Source: Myxococcales bacterium (GTDB lineage Bacteria > Myxococcota > UBA727 > JABDBI01). From it: a stretch of 64,000 bases of DNA. The stretch is taken from contig JAHFEF010000011.1 in the NCBI GenBank assembly GCA_023248545.1, forward strand, positions 162-64,161, written 5' to 3'. The translations under genes were made by a program, and so were the position numbers. Below are positions 30,049 through 40,034 of this stretch, piece by piece. Position 1 is the first letter of the stretch. Each line of letters begins with the position of its first letter. The notes under the pieces were generated by a model. The model was given only the letters and a program-made list of their open reading frames with translations. It had not been told where the DNA came from and did no database searches.

Positions 30049-31992
30049 GTGAACTATTTATTTTTATTACTTATTCTAGCAATGAGCTGTGGCGATATGA
30101 GCTTGCGCCGAAAATCAGGTTCACCCACTGAGCCACCTTCCGATTTAATACAAAAATTTGCTAATTTGGTCAACCATGCCATCCATTTGGACTATACGGG
30201 TGTTCTGGAGGACTTTACAGGCGGTGAGGCACTGCCCCAGTTTGATCCAGCCCATCTTACAAAACTCGATCATTTTGTGACCGAATTACGAGAAGATAGA
30301 TCGACTCAGAACCATATTATTCTCTTGAAAAATGAGCTGCTTAAACTGGCATCGAGCGATATGAGCCTCTCGAGCACGAAGCAGGCAGAGTTTTTTGAAA
30401 CCCTCGCCAACAATCCACAAGCCATCGCACTCTTGATCCACATTCGAAATGACCTCTATGGCCCCGATGGCCAATTGCTCAAAAAGATTCTTTTGGGGGC
30501 CGCCCATGAGCCTGTCAATCGAAAAGCTTTCTTAGCTGGCCAAGACTTGGGGAGCTGTATCAAAAAATATCCAGATACCAAAGACTGGTGGCACTGCGTC
30601 ATCGCTGAACCCACACATGTCAAAACCCTCTTTTCGAGCGATGCCTACGGAACCCTGCTGCTTCGCTTCAGCCAAACTAAACTCAAACAACACCTGGATC
30701 AATTTTCAGAACTCACGGGCCAGGAAGGGCGCTTGGTGGAAAACGAGGTCATTTGGGCATCTTTGAGACTTATCTCTCTGGTCGATTACGCATCACTCAG
30801 GGGGTTCCACCAAACTGTCAAAAATCTGACTCCAGAAGACCTCAAACAAAATTTATTGACGCTCGCGAAATATCTCAAGGCTTCAGACAACGGAAAATTA
30901 GCCCAAATTGTTGCAGAGTTAGGACCCGACTTGAAAGCATTTGGTGAAGCTTTGATTAAATCCTATTCAGGAAAAACATTTGCAGAGTTAAACAGTGAAG
31001 ATTTGCATCAAATGCTGGTGGATTTGAGCTTAGTTTTGTCCAAGTATGCTCCTCCGGAAACCGGCCCTGTCATACCCTTCGAAACCCAGACTCAGGTCGA
31101 TCCACAGCGGGATATTTTCGACGAGATTCAGGATATTCAGCGACAAGCTACTCAAATCATTACAGAAACCCACATTCGCCGGCTCAGCGCTTTGATTGAA
31201 GAGCTCATGAAAGACCCTGCGAGTGAGGAAAATCTGATTCAAGTTAAAAACGCTTTTTTAGATGCTCCGCCTGAAATTCAACCTTGGTCAACCAACCGGT
31301 TGGAGCACCTCAATTCAAAAACCATTCGACTGCTCTTAAAAATCAGGGACAGCCTCTATGGGCCTGATGGGCAATTGCTCAAAGAAATTCTCTTAGGCGC
31401 TGCCAACAACCTAGATAACCGAGAGGTTTTTTTTGCGGGTCAAATCATGGGCGATTGCACCAAGCAATACCCCAAAGAAGAAGGCTGGTGGTTTCCCATG
31501 GGGCGCTGTGTCGTTCAACACCTGCATTCGGCTGTTAGCCTCTATTATTTTGCGGGTCACTATGGAACGCTGCTCATTAATTTCGCAGATACCCCACTCA
31601 AGCAACAGCTGGAAGAGTTTGCTAAGTTAACCGGACAAGACACGCGCCTAGACGCAGCCGAAGCCCGTTGGACTGCCGTCAAACTGATCAAGATCGTTGA
31701 TTATGAATCGCTTGACTGGCTGCACGAATATCTCCAAGAGATTGATTATAAGACTCTTCAAGAACTCATCCGCACACTCGTCAGCTATTTAAAAGATTCC
31801 AAATCCGGAAAGATTCAAGCACTTTTATCTGAGTTTGGCCCCAGGCTTCAAAAAGAAGGCCTGGCTCTGTTTGAATCGTTCACTGGGCAATCCCTACGCA
31901 ATCTAGATGCCCAAGGGCTCCATCAGCTGCTTGAAAAGCTGGATGCGTTCCTGCTGAATGAAGAATATGGGGCGATTACGTACCTCCGTTGA
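30049..31992 (+). CDS. Hypothetical lipoprotein with two copies of a ~300-aa helical domain
   Basis: Lipobox AMSC; internal repeat IRNDLYGPDGQLLKKILLGA / IRDSLYGPDGQLLKEILLGA. Confidence 0.75.
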   Translation: MNYLFLLLILAMSCGDMSLRRKSGSPTEPPSDLIQKFANLVNHAIHLDYTGVLEDFTGGEALPQFDPAHLTKLDHFVTELREDRSTQNHIILLKNELLKLASSDMSLSSTKQAEFFETLANNPQAIALLIHIRNDLYGPDGQLLKKILLGAAHEPVNRKAFLAGQDLGSCIKKYPDTKDWWHCVIAEPTHVKTLFSSDAYGTLLLRFSQTKLKQHLDQFSELTGQEGRLVENEVIWASLRLISLVDYASLRGFHQTVKNLTPEDLKQNLLTLAKYLKASDNGKLAQIVAELGPDLKAFGEALIKSYSGKTFAELNSEDLHQMLVDLSLVLSKYAPPETGPVIPFETQTQVDPQRDIFDEIQDIQRQATQIITETHIRRLSALIEELMKDPASEENLIQVKNAFLDAPPEIQPWSTNRLEHLNSKTIRLLLKIRDSLYGPDGQLLKEILLGAANNLDNREVFFAGQIMGDCTKQYPKEEGWWFPMGRCVVQHLHSAVSLYYFAGHYGTLLINFADTPLKQQLEEFAKLTGQDTRLDAAEARWTAVKLIKIVDYESLDWLHEYLQEIDYKTLQELIRTLVSYLKDSKSGKIQALLSEFGPRLQKEGLALFESFTGQSLRNLDAQGLHQLLEKLDAFLLNEEYGAITYLR

Positions 31993-32016
31993 CACCCCTG
32001 GCCGGCATTGTATAGT
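31989..32016 (+). promoter_or_regulatory. Sigma70-like promoter
   Basis: TTGACA-16 bp-TATAGT ending 9 nt before ATG 32026. Confidence 0.5.
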
Positions 32017-32025
32017 CGGCCTTGA

Positions 32026-33162
32026 ATGAATTTAAATAGCGTATTATGCGGTTATTTATTATTGAGTTTTATTGGTTGCGGCTCTGCTCAACCAGAGCAA
32101 CCTGAGAACCAGACTGCTCAATCATACTCAAAATCGCCCGATGCAACCAAACGTCAAAGAGTCAAAGAGCCAGAGTTTTTGGCGCTGATACGAGAATTCG
32201 CCCAGGAGCTTCGCGCCTCAGGGATAATAGGTTCGACGAACACGCTGGATGTCTGGGGTCTTATGGAAGACTTTCACGAGACGGCCATGCTGGTGTTGAC
32301 CGAACAAAACGTTCATCGATTGGATGCTTTTATCACCGAGCTTTCCAACGATGAAGCTGGCCTGGAAAATATCATCGCTGTTAAAAATGCCTTTCTGGAA
32401 CCTTCCAACGAAGGCACCTGCCTGTACCCTGCCGGACAGGCAGCTTTCCTAGAAAAACTAGCCACTCCAGAGGGTATCGAACTCATTTTGACGATTCGAG
32501 ATGGACTGTATGGGTCTGATGGGCAGCTGCTGAAAGAAATCCTGTTATGGGCATCTCAGGACGAATTCAATAAATCTGACTTTTTAGCTGGTCAAATCCT
32601 TGGGAAATGCATCGATGAATATCTGGATACGTATGGCAATGAAACTCAGAATTGGTGGATATCACCGGAGCACCACTGCGCCAGCCAGCATCTAGCTGGT
32701 GTCTTCATGATCTCGCTCCGTGGTCAATCAACAAATCTAAGAAAATTGGGGGCCACCACGCTCAAACAGAATTTACGAAAATTAGCGAAGTTCATAGGTG
32801 AAGAGGGTGATCTCGATGACAAAGAGTTAACTTGGGCAATGCTCAAACTCATACCGGTTATGGACTATCAATCTCTTGATTTTTTACGTGATCTCGTAAA
32901 AAACCTGACAGCGAAGCAACTCCAAGACTATTTGTTAAAACTGGCCATATATTTGAGAGAACCAAGCCAGGAGAAATTTCAAATATTGCTTTCGAAATCA
33001 GAAGAAAACATCCACAGGCTCGTCCCAGAATTATTTGAATATTACACAAACATGTCCTTAAAAAATCTAGATAAAAACCAGCTTCGTGAGCTTCTAAGAC
33101 AGCTTGGCTCCCATAAAAAATCCGCGCTCTTGTTTGTAGAACAAGCCACATACAGAGAGTAG
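32026..33162 (+). CDS. Hypothetical lipoprotein, single-domain paralog of 30049..31992
   Basis: Lipobox FIGC; IRDGLYGSDGQLLKEILLWA...FLAGQILGKC. Confidence 0.75.
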   Translation: MNLNSVLCGYLLLSFIGCGSAQPEQPENQTAQSYSKSPDATKRQRVKEPEFLALIREFAQELRASGIIGSTNTLDVWGLMEDFHETAMLVLTEQNVHRLDAFITELSNDEAGLENIIAVKNAFLEPSNEGTCLYPAGQAAFLEKLATPEGIELILTIRDGLYGSDGQLLKEILLWASQDEFNKSDFLAGQILGKCIDEYLDTYGNETQNWWISPEHHCASQHLAGVFMISLRGQSTNLRKLGATTLKQNLRKLAKFIGEEGDLDDKELTWAMLKLIPVMDYQSLDFLRDLVKNLTAKQLQDYLLKLAIYLREPSQEKFQILLSKSEENIHRLVPELFEYYTNMSLKNLDKNQLRELLRQLGSHKKSALLFVEQATYRE

Positions 33163-33168
33163 AAAAAT

Positions 33169-34161
33169 ATGACCGTGAAATTAAAATATTATATAGCTCT
33201 TGTTGTTTTGTTGGCCGGTTGCGGTGATGCCAAGTTTAGCAAACTCGATAAGCCCACCAAAAGCGCTGAAGATTCTATCCTGGAAGGTGTCAAGAAGACA
33301 GCAGCCTCTGCTTACCAATGCAAAGAACAAAGACTCGCTTTGATTCATGAGAACGAAGGCTTGGTCAGAAGTTTGATCACACAATTTAAGAACACGTTGC
33401 CAAAAAACGACGGAAATGTGCCGAAAATAGATCTCAAGCCTTTGGCAGAACAATACTACGAACGTGCTCCAGATGCTGACTTGGTGGATGATATTTGCGG
33501 GATTTTAACCAGCCAGGGTTTTAAAACGGTCCTCCAAGAAACCGCTGAATTGATTGAACAAGTCGCCAATAACAACAATGTCATGGCCAACATCATGGGT
33601 ATCCACAACTCATTAGGCAAAAAACCAGGTGACAAGATTGCCGAAATGGTTTCGATGCTTGCCGAAGATGCTTCCAAAAGAGACATGTTATTTGGCGTAG
33701 CCAAAACTGCGCTATGCGAGAGTGCTTCGAATGAGAATATTGTGGACGCTTTAATGTCCTACAGCGTTTTATTGGAACTGGGTCAAAACGCCCTGTTTCT
33801 GATAGGTAGCCCTGTCAAAAAGCACGCAAAATCGTTATACAACACGAAGATCGCCATACCGGAAAATCTCAAGAAATTCGTCATGTTGGCCCAGGGTATC
33901 GCGCCTAAACAAGATTTCTGTTCTATGGAAAACTTGGACGCTTATCAGAAGCATTTTCAGCTGGCCGCAACCTTGTTGAAAGCCCCAGAAAATCCTGAAC
34001 AACCGAGACCCCTACGAACTCTGCTCAATACGACCATGAGATTGTATACCATGGCAGACACGAATGAGTGCAAAGGGTTATCCTATGATAGTATCCAACA
34101 AGAGGATCTTCAGGAAACGCTCTTCAGGCTCGCAAGAATCGTCAGAAAATCCTTACTCTAA
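33169..34161 (+). CDS. Hypothetical lipoprotein
   Basis: Lipobox LAGC; 330-aa ORF with helical character. Confidence 0.7.
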   Translation: MTVKLKYYIALVVLLAGCGDAKFSKLDKPTKSAEDSILEGVKKTAASAYQCKEQRLALIHENEGLVRSLITQFKNTLPKNDGNVPKIDLKPLAEQYYERAPDADLVDDICGILTSQGFKTVLQETAELIEQVANNNNVMANIMGIHNSLGKKPGDKIAEMVSMLAEDASKRDMLFGVAKTALCESASNENIVDALMSYSVLLELGQNALFLIGSPVKKHAKSLYNTKIAIPENLKKFVMLAQGIAPKQDFCSMENLDAYQKHFQLAATLLKAPENPEQPRPLRTLLNTTMRLYTMADTNECKGLSYDSIQQEDLQETLFRLARIVRKSLL

Positions 34162-34599
34162 TGCAGCTATCTTCTGAAGTCGCTTCAGGTGCCTTGCTTC
34201 TTGCGATTCTTTCGCCTCCAAATAAGCCATCGCCAGATCTTTGGCCAGCTCGATCCCAATCACACGTGCCCCGAGTACCAAGACGTTCATGTGGTCATGT
34301 TCGACACCCTGGTGCGCCGAGTAAAAATCATGACACACAGCCGCCCGAATGCCCTTCTGTTTGTTCGCTGCAATGCTGGCTCCGACACCACTGCCGCAGA
34401 GCAAGATTCCCCGTTCAGCCTGTTTTCCAATAATTGCTTGGCCAATTTTTTCGGCGTAATCGGGGTAATCAACAGGCTCGGTGCTGTGCGTTCCGAGATC
34501 CAAAATTTCGTAACGATCTTGTAAGAACGCTTTGAGTGTTTCTTTGAGGTCAAACGCTGCGTGATCACACGCGAGTGCTATTTTTCTTAATTTGCTCAT
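34153..34599 (-). CDS. rpiB: Ribose-5-phosphate isomerase B
   Basis: IALACDHA, DYPD, CGSGVGASIAANK, NVLVLGAR, RHLKRL. Confidence 0.96.
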   Translation of the reverse strand: MSKLRKIALACDHAAFDLKETLKAFLQDRYEILDLGTHSTEPVDYPDYAEKIGQAIIGKQAERGILLCGSGVGASIAANKQKGIRAAVCHDFYSAHQGVEHDHMNVLVLGARVIGIELAKDLAMAYLEAKESQEARHLKRLQKIAALE

Positions 34600-36568
34600 G
34601 AGCTGCCTCTCTAATATGTTCGGCCGTAAAACCAAAATGCTTTTGCAATACTCCATACGGGGCTGATTGCCCAAAATCATGCATGCCTATTACGGCGCCG
34701 TTCATGCCGACATAGCGTTCCCAGCCCAAGGTGCTTCCTGCTTCTACCGCGATGCGGGCATGAATAGCTGGCGGCAATATTGAGTCTTGATAAGCTTGTG
34801 TCTGCCGGGCAAATAACTCCCAAGAGGGCATGCTGATCACGCGGGCCGCAATGCCATCTTTCTTAAGTTGCTCGTAGGCTTCTAAACACAAATACACTTC
34901 GCTGCCGGTTCCGATAATTAAAACCTGCGGGTTACTGGAATCTGCTAAAATATATGCGCCTTGGGCCAGGCCTTTGGCAGCACCTAAATTAGACCGATTG
35001 AAGGTTGGCAAGTTTTGCCGGGTGAGCATCAAAGCAACAGGCCCTGATTCTTGCATCAAGACACGCCAAGCTTCTGTCACCTCGTTGGCATCGGCAGGTC
35101 TCAAAACAACCATGTGTGGGATTGCACGCATGGCCATGAGATGTTCTATGGGTTGATGCGTCGGGCCGTCTTCGCCCACCCCAATCGAATCGTGTGTGAA
35201 AATATAGACGGCATGCGTATGCATCAGTGCTGAGAGTCTCAGGCTGGGTTTTAAATAGTCAAAAAAAGTGAAGAACGTCGAGCCATAAGGCCGCATTTTT
35301 GATACGCTGAGGCCATTTAACACGGCGCCCATGGCATGTTCTCGAATTCCAAAATGTAAGTTTCGGGCACCCAGATTTCCGGCTTCCACAGAAGGTTCTT
35401 TGTCAATGAGCGTCTTGGTCGACGGTGCCAAATCAGCGGAGCCACCCAGTAACCAAGGAACTTTTTTGGCAATGGCGTTTAAGACTTTCGAAGATGCGAC
35501 ACGGCCGGCCATGCCCTTTAAGTCGGCTTCAAATACAGGAAGCTCGGCGTCCCAGCCTGCCGGTAGCTCGCCAGCTTGCATGTGCAACAGCTGTTTGGCG
35601 AGCTCGGGGTAAGCAGCCTGGTAGACTTTGAATTTGTCCTGCCAGGCATTGAACAAGCCCTGGCCACGGGCGCCGATGCCGGCTTTGAAATCTTCAAATA
35701 CACCCTCGGGTACTAAAAATTGCGCATCTTCGGGCCAGCCATAGAATTTTTTAGCCAACTTAACTTCATCGGCGCCGAGGGGTTCGCCATGCGCTGACGC
35801 GGTGTCTTGCTTATTGGGGGCGCCGTAACCAATGTGACTGTCTAGAACGATCAAGCTCGGCTTTTTTTGTTGCTTGGCAGCGTTGAGCGCCTGCTCAATA
35901 CCCATCAAATCATTGGCATCAGTAACATGCTGCACGAACCAGCCGTAGGCTTTGAATCTGTCGGCTGTATTTTCGCTGAAAGCCAAGTGGGTAGAGCCTT
36001 CGATTGTGATGTGATTGTTATCATAGATCCAGCACAAATTGGGCAGCTGTAAATGTCCAGCCAGCGAAGCGGCTTCGGAGCTGATGCCCTCCATCATGCA
36101 ACCGTCGCCGCAAATGGCATACACACGGTAGTCAATAATCTCATGACCCGGCTTGTTAAAATGGTTGGCCTGCCACTGACTGGCGAGTGCGATTCCGACG
36201 CTGTTGGCCAAGCCTTGACCGAGTGGCCCTGTCGTGACTTCGACACCGGCCGTGTGACCATATTCCGGGTGTCCTGGGCACTTGCTGCCGAGCTGTCTGA
36301 AAGCTTTGATGTCGTCTAGAGTCACGCTGTTTTTGACTTGAGTTAAGTATAACAGGGCATAGAGCAGCATCGATGCATGGCCATTGGACAAAACAAACCT
36401 ATCTCGATTGAACCAAGTTGGGTTCTGCGGATCAGTGCGCAAGATTTTTTGCCACAGTGTATAAGCCACTGGGGCGAGGGCCATGGGTGTGCCGGGGTGA
36501 CCTGAATTGGCTTTCTGGACGGCGTCCATGGACAGAGTTCGAATCGTATTGATGCTTAAGTTCGTCAT
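34565..36568 (-). CDS. tkt: Transketolase
   Basis: SGHPG, DRFVLSNGH, TTGPLGQG, GDGCMMEG, THDSIGVGEDGPTHQP. Confidence 0.98.
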   Translation of the reverse strand: MTNLSINTIRTLSMDAVQKANSGHPGTPMALAPVAYTLWQKILRTDPQNPTWFNRDRFVLSNGHASMLLYALLYLTQVKNSVTLDDIKAFRQLGSKCPGHPEYGHTAGVEVTTGPLGQGLANSVGIALASQWQANHFNKPGHEIIDYRVYAICGDGCMMEGISSEAASLAGHLQLPNLCWIYDNNHITIEGSTHLAFSENTADRFKAYGWFVQHVTDANDLMGIEQALNAAKQQKKPSLIVLDSHIGYGAPNKQDTASAHGEPLGADEVKLAKKFYGWPEDAQFLVPEGVFEDFKAGIGARGQGLFNAWQDKFKVYQAAYPELAKQLLHMQAGELPAGWDAELPVFEADLKGMAGRVASSKVLNAIAKKVPWLLGGSADLAPSTKTLIDKEPSVEAGNLGARNLHFGIREHAMGAVLNGLSVSKMRPYGSTFFTFFDYLKPSLRLSALMHTHAVYIFTHDSIGVGEDGPTHQPIEHLMAMRAIPHMVVLRPADANEVTEAWRVLMQESGPVALMLTRQNLPTFNRSNLGAAKGLAQGAYILADSSNPQVLIIGTGSEVYLCLEAYEQLKKDGIAARVISMPSWELFARQTQAYQDSILPPAIHARIAVEAGSTLGWERYVGMNGAVIGMHDFGQSAPYGVLQKHFGFTAEHIREAAHEQIKKNSTRV

Positions 36569-37623
36569 ATAATGCTTCTCTTGGCTCGATAGTTTGCCTC
36601 ATCATATTCGGTTTCTAATTTTACACAACGGATAGGTCCACGGACCAGAGAAAGATTTTTGAGCACGACTTTGCCATCTGAAAAAGACACGAGCTGCCCG
36701 TATTGCTTGGCCAACACAGCTTGAACTGAGGCGACGCCAAAAGCAAATCCCATGCGGCGATCATAAGCAACCGGCGCGCCACCCCGTTGCAAATGGCTTA
36801 AATTAACGGACCGGCATTCTAAGTTGCCCTGTTTGGCGATAGAATCTGCCAGATATTCTCCAATGCCGCCGAGCCTGATATGTCCAAACGCGTCTTTTTC
36901 TCGTCCAGCGAGATTTTCTTGTTGGCCTACCGCTTTGGCGCCTTCAGCGACCACAACAATGCTATATCGATTGCCCTGTTTCTTGCGTTCTTGCAGCAAA
37001 CTCACCACGCGGTCAATTTCGAAGTCATATTCTGGGATTAAAATCACTTGGGCACCCGCCGCAATGCCGCCTTGTAACGCCAAGTGCCCAGCATGACGAC
37101 CCATAACTTCCACGACGAATATTCTGGCGTGTGATTCGGCGGTGCTACGCAGTCTGTCAATGCTTTCCATGATGACATGCAGGGCGCTTTCGAACCCGAG
37201 CGTGTAGTCAGTACCGGGCAGATCAAAATCGATGGTTTTAGGGACGCCCATGACGGCCAGCTTTTCTTCATCGAATAATCGCGCTGCAACACCCAGCGTA
37301 TCTTCACCGCCAATGGCAATCAGGGCTTCAAGCTTAAGCTTTTGCCAATTAGTTTTGAGTTGTTCAATACCGTGGTCGAGTTTGTACGGGTTGGTTCGGG
37401 AGGTGCCTAAAATAGTTCCCCCTTGGCGATCAATATGGCAAACCTGTTTTGAATCCAGTGAGATAGATTGTGGAGCTGGAGCACTGAGGCCTTTCCAGCC
37501 ATCTTGAATACCCAAAACTTGATAGCCGAATTCTTCGGCCATTTGTGTGATGGCCTTGATGGCTGGGTTTAAACCTGGGCAGTCGCCGCCGCCGGTGAGA
37601 ATTCCGACAAATTTTGTTTGCAT
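36565..37623 (-). CDS. pfkA: 6-phosphofructokinase, probably PPi-dependent
   Basis: TGGGDCPGLN, GGTILGTSR, IGGEDT, PKTID, VEVMGRHAG, HLQRGG. Confidence 0.93.
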   Translation of the reverse strand: MQTKFVGILTGGGDCPGLNPAIKAITQMAEEFGYQVLGIQDGWKGLSAPAPQSISLDSKQVCHIDRQGGTILGTSRTNPYKLDHGIEQLKTNWQKLKLEALIAIGGEDTLGVAARLFDEEKLAVMGVPKTIDFDLPGTDYTLGFESALHVIMESIDRLRSTAESHARIFVVEVMGRHAGHLALQGGIAAGAQVILIPEYDFEIDRVVSLLQERKKQGNRYSIVVVAEGAKAVGQQENLAGREKDAFGHIRLGGIGEYLADSIAKQGNLECRSVNLSHLQRGGAPVAYDRRMGFAFGVASVQAVLAKQYGQLVSFSDGKVVLKNLSLVRGPIRCVKLETEYDEANYRAKRSII

Positions 37624-37653
37624 GAGTGACTCCTAACATGCGACCAATAAGTT

Positions 37654-38340
37654 ATGCCAGTGACTTTAGCCATTGATATCGGTGGAAGCGGTATCAAAAT
37701 GATGAAAATTAATGAGCGCGATAAACCGGTTGGGGAACGCACCAAAAAAGCAACGCCAAGGCCAGCAACGCCGCTTGCTGTGGTCAAATGCATCAAATCG
37801 ATGTTGCCTGAACAGGGCAAGTTTGATCGTGTGTCAGTTGGATTCCCAGGGGTCGTCCACGAGGGCGTGATCAAAACCGCGCCTAATTTAGACGGCGAAT
37901 GGGCCGATTTTAACTTGCAAAAAGCCCTCACGAAAATTACCAAAAAGCCCACGCGTGTGGCCAATGACGCCGATATTCAAGGCTATGGGCTGGTCAGTGG
38001 CAAGGGCTTAGAGATGATAATTACCCTGGGAACGGGAATGGGCGCGGCGCTGTTTATCAACGGCCAACTGGTTCCAAATCTCGAGTTGGGCCATCATCCG
38101 TTTAAAGGCAAAAAGACTTACGAAGATTTGCTGGGCAAGAAAGGCCTGCAAAAAAATGGTGCCAAAAAATGGAATGCTCATCTTCATGAAGCGATCTCGC
38201 TCATGCGGCAGATCTTTAATTTTGACCGGCTTTATATTGGTGGCGGTAACGCCGAGAGAATTAGCTTTAAGCCAGGCCCAGATGTCATCCTGGCTCACAA
38301 TATTGCTGGCTTATTAGGCGGCTTGAAGCTTTGGAGGTAG
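37654..38340 (+). CDS. ppgK: ROK-family kinase, polyphosphate glucokinase-like
   Basis: IDIGGSGIK, TPRPATP, GFPGVV, NDAD, TLGTGMG, PNLELGH. Confidence 0.8.
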   Translation: MPVTLAIDIGGSGIKMMKINERDKPVGERTKKATPRPATPLAVVKCIKSMLPEQGKFDRVSVGFPGVVHEGVIKTAPNLDGEWADFNLQKALTKITKKPTRVANDADIQGYGLVSGKGLEMIITLGTGMGAALFINGQLVPNLELGHHPFKGKKTYEDLLGKKGLQKNGAKKWNAHLHEAISLMRQIFNFDRLYIGGGNAERISFKPGPDVILAHNIAGLLGGLKLWR

Positions 38341-38394
38341 ACGCAATTGATCTGCGCAGCCACTTTGCCGTAGAATCCCAATACGGGGGTTCTT

Positions 38395-38811
38395 GTGCGC
38401 AAACTCATACTGATTTTAGGCTTCCTGAGCATACCGGCCTATGCGACATTGGGCCAACATGTGAGTTCGATCGATGGCGATCGAAAATTTTTCAGTCACC
38501 CCCTCTATTCCGTTCATGAAATCTCGGACCCATACACGAATATTCGGGAATATGTGGCCAATGGGATTGTTTTTGCCGTGAGCTGGACGGGCCAAATACA
38601 CCCAGATTTAGCACAGCTCTTCGGGACTTATTATCAGAATTACCACGAGGCTTTTCTGCGGACCAAAAGAATCAAGGGGCAACGCTCACATGGGCGTGTA
38701 CAGGGCAAAGACCTCGTTGTTGAACAATGGGGGCATATGAGATGGATGCAAGGAATGGCTTACATACCCTCGTTGCTGCCCATTGGAATGACACCCAATG
38801 AAATTAAATAA
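38395..38811 (+). CDS. DUF2844-like secreted protein
   Basis: Signal peptide, A.LG, IREYV..GIVFAVSW.G..PDL..L.G.Y; paired with the DUF3443-like gene. Confidence 0.75.
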   Translation: MRKLILILGFLSIPAYATLGQHVSSIDGDRKFFSHPLYSVHEISDPYTNIREYVANGIVFAVSWTGQIHPDLAQLFGTYYQNYHEAFLRTKRIKGQRSHGRVQGKDLVVEQWGHMRWMQGMAYIPSLLPIGMTPNEIK

Positions 38812-40009
38812 CTATTTGGCATCGATTTTGCTGATTTTGTTCCTTAATGCCTGCGGCGCTAATTCGTCTAAGACACCTGGTCCACCTGCACAGAAAGTCA
38901 CCTGCCCAACGGGCGATAACGTCATGAAAGTGACAATCAATGGATCTCTTTGCGGAACCACCCAATACCCCAATGAACCGTGTACCAGCGTCACAGTCTG
39001 TTCAGCCACCGATCCATCGAACTGTCAAACCATTACAGATATACTGGTGGATACAGGAAGTTATGGGTTGAGGGTATTCAGAAGTGCTCTGACGGTGCCT
39101 GTCACTCCCTCAAAGGTAGGCACTCAAGACCTTTTCGAATGCGCCCAATTTGGTGATGGAACCAGCCTGTGGGGCCAAGTCGAAACCGCTTGGGTAAAAC
39201 TCGGAAATGAACCGCCTGTGTCGACCCCAATTATGGTCATCGACCCCATTGCTCCTAGCACGAGTAATTGTCCAAAAGTTGGAACGGACCCAAAAACTTC
39301 GGGATTCCATGGCATTTTAGGAGTTGGGCTTTTCAAGCAGGATTGTGGCTCGGCTTGCTCACGAAGTAATAATTTCCCCAAGCAATATTTTGCGTGTACT
39401 GGCTCTAGTTGCTTAGCAACAGCCGTGAGTCTCACGTCACAAATCCAAAATCCTGTTGCTCTGCTCCCAAAGGACAATAACGGGGTTATTTTGCAGTTTC
39501 CATCCGTCGACTCTGGGGGTGCTAAATCAGTAGATGGCTGTTTAATCCTGGGCATTGGGGCCATTTCTTCGACGGCCACGGTCTACCCCGTCGACAACAA
39601 TGGTAATATGACCACTGTTTTTGCTGCTTATAGCTCTAAATCGATGCATGGATATATCGACAGCGGATCGAATGGCTTGTACTTTCCAGCCCCTGCTGAC
39701 GGAAGCTTGCCTGCATGCAAGAGCAATCTGTCACAGTTTTATTGCCCAGCAGCCATACAATTTCTCCAAGCTACCAATGCGGACACTTCAAGAAATGCCA
39801 TCGCGGTACCCTTTCAAGTTGGGAATGCGGAGACTCTGAGTCAATCTGATAACATCGTATTCAGTAATTTTTGTGGTCAGGCTATTGTGACGTCCTCATC
39901 GGGCGCCTATTTCGACTGGGGACTCCCGTTTTTCTTGGGCAGAACCATCTATGTAGGCATTGAAGACACCACTTCAAGTTTAGGAACAGGCCCCTATTGG
40001 GCGTATTAG
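38798..40009 (+). CDS. DUF3443-like lipoprotein with pepsin-like DTGS/DSGS motifs
   Basis: NEPCTSVTVC, ILVDTGSYGLRV, GILGVG, YIDSGSNG, FDWGLPFFLGRTIYVGI. Confidence 0.8.
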   Translation: MKLNNYLASILLILFLNACGANSSKTPGPPAQKVTCPTGDNVMKVTINGSLCGTTQYPNEPCTSVTVCSATDPSNCQTITDILVDTGSYGLRVFRSALTVPVTPSKVGTQDLFECAQFGDGTSLWGQVETAWVKLGNEPPVSTPIMVIDPIAPSTSNCPKVGTDPKTSGFHGILGVGLFKQDCGSACSRSNNFPKQYFACTGSSCLATAVSLTSQIQNPVALLPKDNNGVILQFPSVDSGGAKSVDGCLILGIGAISSTATVYPVDNNGNMTTVFAAYSSKSMHGYIDSGSNGLYFPAPADGSLPACKSNLSQFYCPAAIQFLQATNADTSRNAIAVPFQVGNAETLSQSDNIVFSNFCGQAIVTSSSGAYFDWGLPFFLGRTIYVGIEDTTSSLGTGPYWAY

Positions 40010-40034
40010 GAGATTGATGCTACACACGTAGTTT

